Assembly: GCA_964390845.1 (NCBI GenBank)
Contig: CAYMIL010000001.1
Span: 102,326-166,325 of the forward strand
Direction: 5' to 3'
DNA length: 64,000 bases
Source: an uncultured Candidatus Saccharibacteria bacterium
Lineage (GTDB): Bacteria > Patescibacteriota > Minisyncoccia > Phycocordibacterales > CALRHW01
Notes under the pieces: generated by a model
What the model was told of the DNA's origin: nothing
Databases searched by the model: none
What the model saw: the letters and a program-made list of their open reading frames with translations, nothing else
Position numbers and translations under genes: made by a program
Part shown: one piece after another, positions 38,374-48,558 of the stretch
How the letters are laid out: every line of letters begins with the position of its first letter
How positions within the stretch are numbered: position 1 is the stretch's first letter

Positions 38374-40044
38374 TTACCCTGCAATTGGCAACTCAACATA
38401 GAACTGTGAGCCCCTGCCCTCACCTTCAGACTCTGCCCAGACACGGCCGTTGTGCGCCTTCACAATCTCTTTAGCAACATAGAGCCCCAGACCTGTTCCA
38501 CGAATATTGACCTTGTTTGCGTTTTCTGCGCGCTTAAACTTTGCAAAGAGTTTCGGAATAATCTCAGCAGACATACCGATACCTGTGTCTTTGACCGCAA
38601 ACAACACCACTCCTTTTGCTGGGTCTTTTGTGAGTGACACGGTAATCGAACCCTGTGGTGTGTACTTTACTGAGTTATCAATAAGATTTGCGACGACCTG
38701 CTTAAACTTATCGAGGTCAGCATTGACCACAAACTTCTGTCGCTCATCAAGCTGGATAGTGAGGTCGAGGCCGGCTTTGTCTATGTTTGGCTTCAGCTCA
38801 CCCGCAACCTCTCTCACCATATCTTTAAGATCGAGTGGACGCATATCGTATTTCATAGTTCCAAGCTCGATACGAGAAATATTAAGGTAGTCGTTGACGA
38901 CGTTTGTGAGCGTGTTTGTTGATTCGTAAATTTTCTGTACAGCATCACGCACATCCGGTGCAACATCTCCGTAATCCCCTTCAAGAATGAGTGACGAATA
39001 CCCCTTCATTGCAGTAAGCGGGCTTCGGAGTTGATGTGTCGCAAACGAAACAAATTCTGTCTTTTGGACATCAAGTTCTTTGAGGCGGGTGTTGGCGTGC
39101 TCTAAGCTGGTATTTGTTTTCTTTAAGTTTTCGGCCAAAATCTCGATTTCTTCACGTGATTTTATTTCTCTTTTTACACTTCTTATAAGTTGATATCCTA
39201 ATATCGAAAACAGAGCGAGTGTTACAAAAACAACATATCTTACATTTTGTATATTTCTAACAAATAGAATCGAAAACGTGAGCAACCACAGTGTCACTAC
39301 AATGGCTTGTGTACTAATCAACTTTATGTTAAATGCCTTAAATTTAACGACTAAATACACAAGAAATGCAATAAATAGAGGCATCCCTAAAAGTCCGACC
39401 TGAGCAATAACCCAATTTTCAGTCAAACTTCCAATAATATTACCTGAGGAAAAAGCAAAAAGAAAAACAATTATACCCGCCAAAAATAGACCTATCTCTT
39501 TTCTGCGCCTTATTTCAATTGCCATCTGACCAAAACCAACAAATAAAACCGAGAAGCTAAGAAGAATTTCTAGTCCATACGTATAAAAAATAACGAGATT
39601 GCTCTCAACGGCATCACAATAAGAAACATCAATACCAGGAAGAAATCCTTTAGTTGGCAATATTATCGCTACAGGTAAAAGCACAGCCATCAAAAATAGT
39701 TTTTTACTGAAAGGTAAATCTTTTCTTTTTATAAACACATAAGCAAAGTAGAAAGAAACACCGTAAATTAGTACTTCGCATAATATCTGGAGACTCCAAT
39801 AAAACAAAACCAAATCTGGTCTATTGCTTGCCCATAAAAGCACATCGATTACGGCCCAGCTTATAAAAAGAAAAACAACATTTAAAAAAAATCTAATTGA
39901 GAGATCCTGACGTTTATGAAAAAGCAAGGCTGCAAATACTAAAGCGGCAAGAATTGCGACAAAATGAGAGTAGTAAAGTAAGGTTGGAACATTACTTGAG
40001 AAAATAAAATGTTTCGCTGGCTCCCAAGGGCAAAAAATTTCCAT
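38374..40044 (-). CDS. Sensor histidine kinase with polytopic (about 7 TM) N-terminal sensor domain
   Basis: HisKA H-box (HQLRSPLTAMKGY), HATPase_c (N, G1, G2 boxes: GTGLGLYVAKEIV). Start set at the Met just downstream of the neighbouring gene's stop. Confidence 0.8.
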   Translation of the reverse strand: MEIFCPWEPAKHFIFSSNVPTLLYYSHFVAILAALVFAALLFHKRQDLSIRFFLNVVFLFISWAVIDVLLWASNRPDLVLFYWSLQILCEVLIYGVSFYFAYVFIKRKDLPFSKKLFLMAVLLPVAIILPTKGFLPGIDVSYCDAVESNLVIFYTYGLEILLSFSVLFVGFGQMAIEIRRRKEIGLFLAGIIVFLFAFSSGNIIGSLTENWVIAQVGLLGMPLFIAFLVYLVVKFKAFNIKLISTQAIVVTLWLLTFSILFVRNIQNVRYVVFVTLALFSILGYQLIRSVKREIKSREEIEILAENLKKTNTSLEHANTRLKELDVQKTEFVSFATHQLRSPLTAMKGYSSLILEGDYGDVAPDVRDAVQKIYESTNTLTNVVNDYLNISRIELGTMKYDMRPLDLKDMVREVAGELKPNIDKAGLDLTIQLDERQKFVVNADLDKFKQVVANLIDNSVKYTPQGSITVSLTKDPAKGVVLFAVKDTGIGMSAEIIPKLFAKFKRAENANKVNIRGTGLGLYVAKEIVKAHNGRVWAESEGEGRGSQFYVELPIAG

Positions 40045-40054
40045 AAAGTACGTA

Positions 40055-40894
40055 TTATAGCTTTTTTGCAAAAACCTTAAAGTTTCTGAACCCGTTACCA
40101 AATTGATAATCAACAATAAGTTGAACCCTGTCTTTTTTAGTTACCTCTATATCTGAATCGAGCGGAACACAAACTGGACCATTTAGTGCAAGTGTGTCAC
40201 CGATAGAGGTTTTTTTATTTAACCAAGTCGAACTTTGAAGATAAATACTGTTTAAGGTACCTGTTTTTTTAATTTTAATAATATGTTCCGAATGGTGTTC
40301 CATTAAATTACTTTTATTCAGCAGAACGGAATCGAGAAGTGTTGGGTCGGAAAGACGTTTCATTTTTGGTTTTGGTAAAAATTTCCAAAAATGTTTAACC
40401 ATCCGCATATTAAATCCAAAATCATAAAAATTTGTCTCCGTAAGCAAAACGGATGTGTCTTCTTTGCAAGGAATAAATACTGTTTTCTCGTCTACATACC
40501 CCTTTTCAAAAAGCCTGTTTAGTGCCCAGATTTGGAACTCATCCACCATTCCTGTAGTCAACATTTCCATCGTAACAACATCAATAGTTGTACCCTCCGG
40601 AAGACGAATATTACGTGCATCGCCAAGCATAACTTGCACCACGTCACCATATCCATTTCTCTGAATATTCTCGTGGGCGAGTTTTGCGACAAATGGGTCA
40701 AACTCTATAGAAAAAACTTTTTTTGCTCCGGCGCGAGCCGCAAAGAGAGCAAGAATTCCGGAACCCGTTCCAACGTCAAGAACAACGCTGTCCGGCCCCA
40801 CAGCCGCATTAATAGCTTGTTCAAATTTCCTTGTTCTTTCCTCATCAAGGAGACACTGTGTAACTAAATCAATAGAGCTAAATGTTTCGTCCAT
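40055..40894 (-). CDS. Class I SAM-dependent methyltransferase with PRMT-like motifs
   Basis: Motif I VVLDVGTGSGILALFAARAGA, post-I IEFDP, motif II IDVVTMEML. Reminiscent of protein arginine methyltransferases. Confidence 0.6.
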   Translation of the reverse strand: MDETFSSIDLVTQCLLDEERTRKFEQAINAAVGPDSVVLDVGTGSGILALFAARAGAKKVFSIEFDPFVAKLAHENIQRNGYGDVVQVMLGDARNIRLPEGTTIDVVTMEMLTTGMVDEFQIWALNRLFEKGYVDEKTVFIPCKEDTSVLLTETNFYDFGFNMRMVKHFWKFLPKPKMKRLSDPTLLDSVLLNKSNLMEHHSEHIIKIKKTGTLNSIYLQSSTWLNKKTSIGDTLALNGPVCVPLDSDIEVTKKDRVQLIVDYQFGNGFRNFKVFAKKL

Positions 40895-40961
40895 GGATAA
40901 GGTGGTAATTTCTATCTTACAGGGAAATTATAACAAACGAAGTTCTCAAAGAAAAGCAAAC

Positions 40962-41570
40962 CTAAAATCTTCGTGTATGCTTAATGTGTCGAAAAGAAAG
41001 AAGAAACCACATACTTGCGTGACATAAGATCTCAGCAAAAACATAGGGTAACTCCATCCAATTGTCGAGGCGATGAATTATTAGAGTGAGGTTGAGAAAA
41101 TCCATAATCGTCCACAATATCCATGGAGTAGATATTAAATAGGTTTCTTTTGGAAGATTCCTCCAATAAGGAACATAACTAATTGGTATTGCAAGAATAG
41201 CGATTGCGTGCGCCCAGTATTGCTCCCTGAAACAAAGCCATATGATTACGGCTAAAATAGATACGGCGACGGACAAAATATCTGTTATTGCTTCCGACCG
41301 GTTCTCCCATTTATCTTCTCCGAGCCTCCAAACATAGATTAAAATTATTAGACAAGCAATTGGAGTTGTTGCCAATGGTAATGTTTTTACCCAATCACCC
41401 GATACCCAATGAAACGTAACAACTTCTACACATGAAGAAAAAGTCCAAATTAACCAGGACCATCGATTTGGTATAGGATGATTAGGTTTTCTCAGTTCCC
41501 GAAAATAGGAGACGTCCGCTGCCGTTCCAAAAACAACAGCCAAAATAGCCAATAAAATAATAGCATCCAT
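40962..41570 (-). CDS. Hypothetical polytopic membrane protein
   Basis: 202 aa, about 6 TM helices, Trp-rich. Confidence 0.45.
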   Translation of the reverse strand: MDAIILLAILAVVFGTAADVSYFRELRKPNHPIPNRWSWLIWTFSSCVEVVTFHWVSGDWVKTLPLATTPIACLIILIYVWRLGEDKWENRSEAITDILSVAVSILAVIIWLCFREQYWAHAIAILAIPISYVPYWRNLPKETYLISTPWILWTIMDFLNLTLIIHRLDNWMELPYVFAEILCHASMWFLLSFRHIKHTRRF

Positions 41571-41740
41571 ATCACCGCTTCTTAATTTTGAACATTATCA
41601 TCTTCAGTAGAACCAACCTCACTTTGTACAACATAGAAATCGCGGACAATCATTGTTCTGTAAAAAGTTAGCGCGATAGAAATCAATAGAATTAAGACAA
41701 ATAATCCTATAGAAATTTTTGATTTTTTATCCATAGTTTT

Positions 41741-42133
41741 TTATTCTATATTATGAGAAGGATACCTTGTACCTCTTTTTAAGAAATTTTTTTCAATATC
41801 TTTCAGCCCAAACTTTTTATAAAAATAGTTCAGAATCAGCTCAGTATCCATACCATTTTGACATGTATACACATCAGCACTCACAAACCTTCTTTTTGGA
41901 AAAGTGTGAATACTTATGTGACTTTCTGTAAGAGCAATAATACCTGTCCAACCACCAGGATCCTTCTTATTATTTGGTTCAGCTTTATATATCTGGACCT
42001 TAGCTAGGGATTTCATACCGAGGAGGAAAACCAGTTCATTCAATGCGTGCGCCACTAAGTTTTTATCATCGAGGAGTTTTTCTTCCCCTCCATAACCATC
42101 AATTGTGAGATGTTCACCAAAATGCTCTATCAT
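41741..42133 (-). CDS. speH: S-adenosylmethionine decarboxylase proenzyme (small SpeH-type)
   Basis: ESHISIHTFP (self-processing ES|HIS motif; canonical ESHISIHTWPE) and YTCQ. Confidence 0.7.
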   Translation of the reverse strand: MIEHFGEHLTIDGYGGEEKLLDDKNLVAHALNELVFLLGMKSLAKVQIYKAEPNNKKDPGGWTGIIALTESHISIHTFPKRRFVSADVYTCQNGMDTELILNYFYKKFGLKDIEKNFLKRGTRYPSHNIE

Positions 42134-42163
42134 ATATGATATATTAGTGCCAACTAAAGCTCT

Positions 42164-42403
42164 TTAATTTATTGCTTCAATTCTAACATCTTTTGCAATT
42201 ATCTCTAGGGACGGGTCACTATAGTTGGAATGTTGATCTTCATAGCCGTAGAAAACAAACCGTTTATATCCATGGTTTTTAGGAACTTTCCCAACATCGT
42301 CTGTATGACCCAACTCATAATTGGATTTCAGCGTGTTTGTCATAAAATCACTCTCTTCCGTTTCAGTCACCAGCACTTGAACACTAGAATTTAGAGTCCT
42401 CAC
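42164..42403 (-). CDS. Small hypothetical protein
   Basis: 79 aa ORF downstream of the RHS toxin gene and its first small ORF. Confidence 0.3.
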   Translation of the reverse strand: MRTLNSSVQVLVTETEESDFMTNTLKSNYELGHTDDVGKVPKNHGYKRFVFYGYEDQHSNYSDPSLEIIAKDVRIEAIN

Positions 42404-42456
42404 AAAACCAAGAACATCCGTGAATAGGGACTTGATTAGAACATGCGATTCATTTT

Positions 42457-42702
42457 CTACTTTAGCAGTCGCTCTGGAATTACATCACCACGTATCTCTA
42501 TACCAATAATTTTTCCAGCCTGATCAATATCGACAACAATGTCCCCTTTAAAATCCTGTCCTCCCCGTACAGTATTTCCATCAATTACCATTTGCTGTGT
42601 TGCCTGTGGTGGATAGGTATCAGTATTTTGTAGATGAATATAGGAGACCCAAGAACTGCCTGTATTTTCACTTTCTATTTCTATGTTATTTTTTTTAATC
42701 AT
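42457..42702 (-). CDS. DUF2283-like small protein (candidate immunity or antitoxin)
   Basis: 81 aa. DIVVDIDQAGKIIGIEIRG resembles the DUF2283 core. Starts 7 nt after the RHS gene stop. Confidence 0.4.
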   Translation of the reverse strand: MIKKNNIEIESENTGSSWVSYIHLQNTDTYPPQATQQMVIDGNTVRGGQDFKGDIVVDIDQAGKIIGIEIRGDVIPERLLK

Positions 42703-42709
42703 TGATTTT

Positions 42710-45700
42710 TTAATCTATTTTCTTAAACCTGCCGGGTGTCAATACTTCATCCTTAATAACTGTTATTATTCTCTTTGTTGCGTTATCGAGAGGAACTAAA
42801 ACTTGGTCTTTATATCTTACCACCTGTTGATATTTCGAATCAAAATATTTCTCCCCGGTCCTGTAGGCATCCATTACCTTCTCCGCGGTAATACCGAACT
42901 TCTCCCGAATTATAATATTGTCTATTCCATGACTTGAGATCTCGATACCTTCTTTGATAAAAGCATCTTTGATAACATTGTATTTTTGCCTGAAATTGAG
43001 ATTGCTGCTACCAAATCCACTTTTCACAAAGTTCGTTGCAGACTCAACACCACCAATAGCAATCTTCTCGGCTCCTCCAGCAATCTTTACTCCAGTCTTC
43101 TTCTCAGCCCCTCCTGGCGTAAGCATCGATCCAACAAACAATGCACCCTCAAGAGATCTGGACCCTCCTTCTTCACCAACATCTGGAGAATATGCGACTT
43201 CTGGCCATAGAAACATTGTAGCAATTGCCGTCCAGAAGTTTCCATCTCGGTCCACATTCACCATTGGGTTGTTTCTCGCATAAGAATAGCTATTGAGTGA
43301 TTGTGGGTCCGCAAGATACATTGGAAGTTCAAGTCCTGTTTTATCTTTCAAATCTTTTGCGTTTCCGACCGCCAAGAATGCAGGATCCACAGATATAAAC
43401 CGCCCAGTGTTTCCCGCGTAGTACCTCGCTCCCATATAATTAAGCCCTGTCTCAGCATCATACTCATGCCCGGTAAACTTTCGCTGTTCGGAGTAGCCGA
43501 GACCGAAATCTAGGCGAGTCGCGCCATACGGATAATAGTCAACTGTCTCTGCTGAAGTACCAGCTGAGTTTGTGATCACGCTTGAACCACCAAGATGATC
43601 GTTGTGAATATACAGAATATCTGGCGTCGATGTACCGTGTGTTTCAATTGTTGCCACGACCTGGTCACCCAAAAACACGTGCGCGGTTGTCGTGGTGCCT
43701 CCAGAACCAGACAAGCCCGAATCATCCGACACCTCAATGTTCCAATATTTATTTGGATACACTGTCGTGTTCCGTCCAAACGCATAGACAACGCGGTCGC
43801 CAGCATGGTCGTAAGAATACGTTGTTGCCGCAGGACCCACAGTGAGCATCGTCGGTCTGTTTTTATAATCCCAGGTACTTGTTGCAATGCCATTGCCCGT
43901 CAGCATATTGCCATTGCGGTCGTATGTCAGTGTTCCCGTAACCGGAGTCGACACTACGGCGTGCGGGTTTGCATACTGACTTTTTACCGACGTGCTTGGA
44001 TACGTATATGTGCCGATATCAGACTTGCTGAGAATGTTGCCGATAGCGTCATAGGTATACGTCTCACGGTACGGCAACGTCGCTGCTGCCGTTGTCGATG
44101 CAGAAAGAAGGCGGTAGAGATTGTCGTAGACATATTCAACCGTACGCTGAATTGTTGTTGTGGCGTTCTCTTTAAGTAAGGTTATGTTTCCAACCTTGTC
44201 ATACGTATACTCAAGATCTTGATACTTCGTACCGCTTGCACCCGACTGCTTTGTTACTTTTTTAGTGAGACGATATAGCTTGTTTGCGTCGTATGTATTC
44301 GTTGCCTCAATTCCGTTTGCGTTTTTCTGGAAACTAACCTTGCCTTCTGGAGAGTAATCAAGGTCATCCACCAACACAGAGAACGACGTCGCACTCGGAA
44401 GCTTCTGTAACACACGCTCTACAAAACCACCGTTGTTGTATTCATACTGTATCTGCAAACCATCTGGATAGGTGATAAGTGTGGGGTTTCCCTGTCGATT
44501 AAATGCATACGCTGTGGTATATGTCGCACCAGATATTGTCCGACCTTCTTGCACCACACGCCCAGCGGTGTCATATGCATATGTGGTTGTTGCTCCCTGT
44601 GTCACAGCCTGGCACAATCTCGTCTTTCCAAATGCGCATGTATCATACGCGTACACAACATCGACACCCGGTGTGCCTGTGAAGTTTTCAGTAAGTGGCC
44701 GATTGATGGCGTCGTAAGTATATTGAATTGTCTGACCCTTTCCATCGACTACCTGCGTTATATTTCCAGCATTATCATAGGAATATGACCATGTAGAAAA
44801 TGAGGTGTCTGCTGGATCATGAAGATCCTGTGCGGTTAGACGGCGACCCAAACCGTCGTAGGTAAAGCTACGAATATTTCCGAGTGCATCGGTAATTTTT
44901 GTGAGTAAATTTAGACCATTATATTCGTAGTATGTGGAATACGTACTCGTGCCATTGTATTCATCAACCCGAATGAGGTTGCCACGAGCATCCTTGTACA
45001 ACTTCCTCTGATTGTTTAGCGGATCTTTTACAAGGACATCCCATCCGTCATATGTTGTTGTGGTGGTACCGAGATAATTTTTTGCAGAAGTCACACGTCC
45101 CAGTGCATCGTATGAAAACTCTTGTCGTAAATTATTATCAACTGGCGTAGAATCATAATCAGAACCATCAGTAACAAAAAATGGCAACGAGTGCTGTTTC
45201 TTCAAACCACGAGAATCGTACCCGATCTTTGTAACCGTGAAAGCGTCTTGGTCACCCTCTGACTGAACACGTTCTTGTATGACACGACCAAAGCCATCGA
45301 AATACGTGTATGTTGGCACAGACATTCCAGCATCAAGATATTGTGTTTTTACTACGCCTGTAGGAAATTGATTATCAAGATATGTATACGAACTTTTTTC
45401 CTCAAGTGTCGATACCAACGATGGACTTGAAACCTTTTCAGACAAGACCCTATCAAGGCCATCATAAACAAACTCTGTTACCTTTCCATTTTCATCAACA
45501 ATTTTTTTAGGTTTTCCAGATGAGTAATCATACTGAAAATCTTTGATGTGACCCACGGAATTGGTCGTCGTTGATGGATACAAACCATATACATCGTAAG
45601 CATATGTTGTGGTTGCTCCAAGGGAATTGATTTCACCAACAATCAGGCCTTTCTCATCGTAAATTGATTGCTCATTTACAAAACCCGATCCACTTTTCCA

Positions 45701-48367
45701 ATTTTCAATCTTTGTCTTATTACCAAACGACACAGAGCCTAATGGGAGACTGTCGTAATAAATCTTACTTTCAGACAATAATCCACTACCAACATCAACA
45801 AGCGACACACGCGAAGGCAGGACGATTCGACCATCTGAACTTGTTGCGTAAAAATATTTTTTAGTAGTTTTATCTGTACCAACATCGGAAAAACCCCCAA
45901 CACCATCACCGATAACTTTTCCCCACTGATCTTCTCTACTAATCGACAAAGCGAGATCGTCATACTCATATGTGGTTGCACGATCAACCGGAGTACCGCC
46001 TTCACCATATTGCCTTTCCAAAAAGGTTGTCAGTTTCAGAAATGACGATGTTGCACTTATTGAGGAATTATGACTATCCCACCTATTTTGAATACTGGAT
46101 AATATATTCCCCTCATTATCATATGTTTCAATAAGATACGGCCTTCCAATCTTTGAATAATTATCCTGAAACTCTCCAGTTGTGAATGACGTTTGATTTC
46201 CTTGGTGAAAATATTTTTTTGTAATATTCCCGATCGGATCTGTCTCAATGATTAATCCGAATCCAGAGACTTTCTTATCATGTGAATCTGCATAATATAG
46301 ATCACCCTCTGTATACACATAAGTAGTAGTTCCAACGCCTCCCACGCCGTCATGAACGGCAATCGAAGACACGGTTATTAGATTTTCTGGAAGGTTCGGA
46401 TTCAACACGCCGCCTACTCCAGTATATTGAGCTGACCCCTTATACGTTACCAATACAGAACCTTTTTGGGGCAATAAATAGTAATGGAGCTTATCCGAAA
46501 CATCTCCGATATGGCGATAAACTTTATTAATTACACCCTCACTCGTGCGTCTACTAATAAGTAAATCCATTAGACCATCCCCGTCTATATCAGCAAAACG
46601 AACGCCCTGATCGGTGTTATTGAAATTAAAAAATTCTGGAATATCCCACGAGGTATCGAGTGTCCAGCCGTGACCGGTGTTTAGATATACTTTTTTAACT
46701 TCGATATATGGATCACCGCCCCTCCAAGCACGAATCAAATCAACAAGTCCATCACTATTTATATCTTCAAATCTTACCCCACCGTCCGTTTGAGATTTGA
46801 AAATTTCTGGAATATCCCACGAGGTATCGAGTGTCCAGCCGTGACCAGTGTTTAGATATACTTTTTTAACCTCGATATATGGATCACCTCCACGCCAACT
46901 TTTTACAATGTCTGGCAACATATCGCCATTTACATCAATCAAATATACACCCCTATCATGCGTATCCTCAACAAAAAACTCTGGCAGACTCCACGAAGTA
47001 TCGAGTGCCCAACCGCTACCAGTATTTAAATACACAACCCTTACATCTTCAGGTGGCTCAGGGTTTCCTAACATTCCGCGCACAATATCTGGCAAACCAT
47101 CCCCATTCACATCAGCAATTCTAGTGCCAGAATCCTTATTGTAATTTATAATAAACTCTTCTGGAACGCTTACAGCAGGATCCTCAACCCAATCACCTTG
47201 AGAGCTTGTATAAGTAAAACTTCTTGCTGGCAACACCACCTCCTGGCTTTCAGATTCAAAACCTTTTTCTACTACCGATCCCAATAAATCTCTCGACTTG
47301 TTATTTCCCTTACTATACGTGAAATCGTAAGCTCTACTTAGAGTAGAACCAACATAAATATTAATTTTGTTAATTCTAAAAGATGTCGTGACTGGAAAAG
47401 AAGTTTTATATGAAATTGTAGATGTTGCCAAATTCTCTTTAAGAAATTCAACTTTGTACAGACCGCTATCTGTTCCATACCCCGTGTATTTTATATATTT
47501 CGGATAAATTTGCCCCCCATCTTTCTCATATTCATATTTTATAAAGTTGCCATTTGCATCTTGAATCGTGTCGACCATCCATCGAAACACATGACTTGTG
47601 GTCGTGGCATCGCCCTGTCGACTTTGTGAGGTTAACCCAAAAGAATACCTTGTACCATTTCTGTCATATACAGTCCATATATTATTAGTTAATTCATATT
47701 TTCCAAAACTACCATCATCTACACGCGGCAAAAATGTGCTCGTAGTAGCGCCCAACGATGCCACAGAAAGCTCTCCCGACATTGATGAGAAAAAATTGTT
47801 TTCTGTATAGATCTTTTCCACACCAGAACGATTAATACGCTCTATGTACGGAACATCAATAGACCAACCGAATCCTACATAACTACCAAGAGTTCCAGAA
47901 TTACTACCGTAAGAAATACGCAATTGTGGATTCATTCCATTTCTACCTGGCGGTATAACAATTGGAATTTCAGTCTGGAAAGATCCATCAATATCAGCTA
48001 CGTTAAATATTTTTATATTTTCTGGAGTTTTAATATATCCCGTTTCGTCCTCAGACGACTGCATAACTAAGCCCCCATCTTCACCACCCTCATCCCGCCC
48101 AGCGCTAGATGTTCCATCGACAGAAAAAATGGGCGTAACATCGCCCATTGCATCTCCACTATTAATTGTCGGTTTTTCTATAGACGAGTCCTTCTTTTCG
48201 GCCCCCTCTCCAGCAGAATCGGATGACGTATCGCCCTCAGAAGAAGATTCTGAATCGCCATCCTGAGATACAGACACCTCAAAAGCGCTCACCATACCAG
48301 CGGGAACAACAAAAGAAATAATGAGGATACTCGTAAGAAAACGTAGTAAAAATGAAGGTTTTTTCAT
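42710..48367 (-). CDS. Secreted RHS/YD-repeat polymorphic toxin with FG-GAP/VCBS-like repeats and variable C-terminal toxin domain
   Basis: 1885 aa. Signal peptide. Four DxNxDGxxD repeats (ADVNGDGLPDIV, IDVNGDMLPDIV, EDINSDGLVDLI, ADIDGDGLMDLL). Dozens of YD repeats (YxYDxxGR). RHS core end (YDAETGLNYMGARYYAGNTGRFISVDP...YARNNPMVNVDRDGN), then an unrelated roughly 240-aa C-terminus. Confidence 0.85.
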   Translation of the reverse strand: MKKPSFLLRFLTSILIISFVVPAGMVSAFEVSVSQDGDSESSSEGDTSSDSAGEGAEKKDSSIEKPTINSGDAMGDVTPIFSVDGTSSAGRDEGGEDGGLVMQSSEDETGYIKTPENIKIFNVADIDGSFQTEIPIVIPPGRNGMNPQLRISYGSNSGTLGSYVGFGWSIDVPYIERINRSGVEKIYTENNFFSSMSGELSVASLGATTSTFLPRVDDGSFGKYELTNNIWTVYDRNGTRYSFGLTSQSRQGDATTTSHVFRWMVDTIQDANGNFIKYEYEKDGGQIYPKYIKYTGYGTDSGLYKVEFLKENLATSTISYKTSFPVTTSFRINKINIYVGSTLSRAYDFTYSKGNNKSRDLLGSVVEKGFESESQEVVLPARSFTYTSSQGDWVEDPAVSVPEEFIINYNKDSGTRIADVNGDGLPDIVRGMLGNPEPPEDVRVVYLNTGSGWALDTSWSLPEFFVEDTHDRGVYLIDVNGDMLPDIVKSWRGGDPYIEVKKVYLNTGHGWTLDTSWDIPEIFKSQTDGGVRFEDINSDGLVDLIRAWRGGDPYIEVKKVYLNTGHGWTLDTSWDIPEFFNFNNTDQGVRFADIDGDGLMDLLISRRTSEGVINKVYRHIGDVSDKLHYYLLPQKGSVLVTYKGSAQYTGVGGVLNPNLPENLITVSSIAVHDGVGGVGTTTYVYTEGDLYYADSHDKKVSGFGLIIETDPIGNITKKYFHQGNQTSFTTGEFQDNYSKIGRPYLIETYDNEGNILSSIQNRWDSHNSSISATSSFLKLTTFLERQYGEGGTPVDRATTYEYDDLALSISREDQWGKVIGDGVGGFSDVGTDKTTKKYFYATSSDGRIVLPSRVSLVDVGSGLLSESKIYYDSLPLGSVSFGNKTKIENWKSGSGFVNEQSIYDEKGLIVGEINSLGATTTYAYDVYGLYPSTTTNSVGHIKDFQYDYSSGKPKKIVDENGKVTEFVYDGLDRVLSEKVSSPSLVSTLEEKSSYTYLDNQFPTGVVKTQYLDAGMSVPTYTYFDGFGRVIQERVQSEGDQDAFTVTKIGYDSRGLKKQHSLPFFVTDGSDYDSTPVDNNLRQEFSYDALGRVTSAKNYLGTTTTTYDGWDVLVKDPLNNQRKLYKDARGNLIRVDEYNGTSTYSTYYEYNGLNLLTKITDALGNIRSFTYDGLGRRLTAQDLHDPADTSFSTWSYSYDNAGNITQVVDGKGQTIQYTYDAINRPLTENFTGTPGVDVVYAYDTCAFGKTRLCQAVTQGATTTYAYDTAGRVVQEGRTISGATYTTAYAFNRQGNPTLITYPDGLQIQYEYNNGGFVERVLQKLPSATSFSVLVDDLDYSPEGKVSFQKNANGIEATNTYDANKLYRLTKKVTKQSGASGTKYQDLEYTYDKVGNITLLKENATTTIQRTVEYVYDNLYRLLSASTTAAATLPYRETYTYDAIGNILSKSDIGTYTYPSTSVKSQYANPHAVVSTPVTGTLTYDRNGNMLTGNGIATSTWDYKNRPTMLTVGPAATTYSYDHAGDRVVYAFGRNTTVYPNKYWNIEVSDDSGLSGSGGTTTTAHVFLGDQVVATIETHGTSTPDILYIHNDHLGGSSVITNSAGTSAETVDYYPYGATRLDFGLGYSEQRKFTGHEYDAETGLNYMGARYYAGNTGRFISVDPAFLAVGNAKDLKDKTGLELPMYLADPQSLNSYSYARNNPMVNVDRDGNFWTAIATMFLWPEVAYSPDVGEEGGSRSLEGALFVGSMLTPGGAEKKTGVKIAGGAEKIAIGGVESATNFVKSGFGSSNLNFRQKYNVIKDAFIKEGIEISSHGIDNIIIREKFGITAEKVMDAYRTGEKYFDSKYQQVVRYKDQVLVPLDNATKRIITVIKDEVLTPGRFKKID

Positions 48368-48558
48368 AAAAATGGTCTAAAAAGCACTTTTTCTATTAAT
48401 TTGATACTACCATAAACTTTTATAGTTCAAGAATTTCTAAAGTTTTTCTAAAGTACTTATCCACAACATATATTGTCGAGATGGCACAAAACAAGGTATG
48501 CTGATATCTTCGTCGTTTTTTGACGAGGAGGTATCGCATCAGCGTGCCTAGGCCACAC

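Noticed and set aside
43595-44179. 194-aa Cys/Arg-rich plus-strand ORF
   Set aside because: It lies entirely antisense within the RHS gene. Its composition is typical of the reverse frame of YD-repeat coding sequence.
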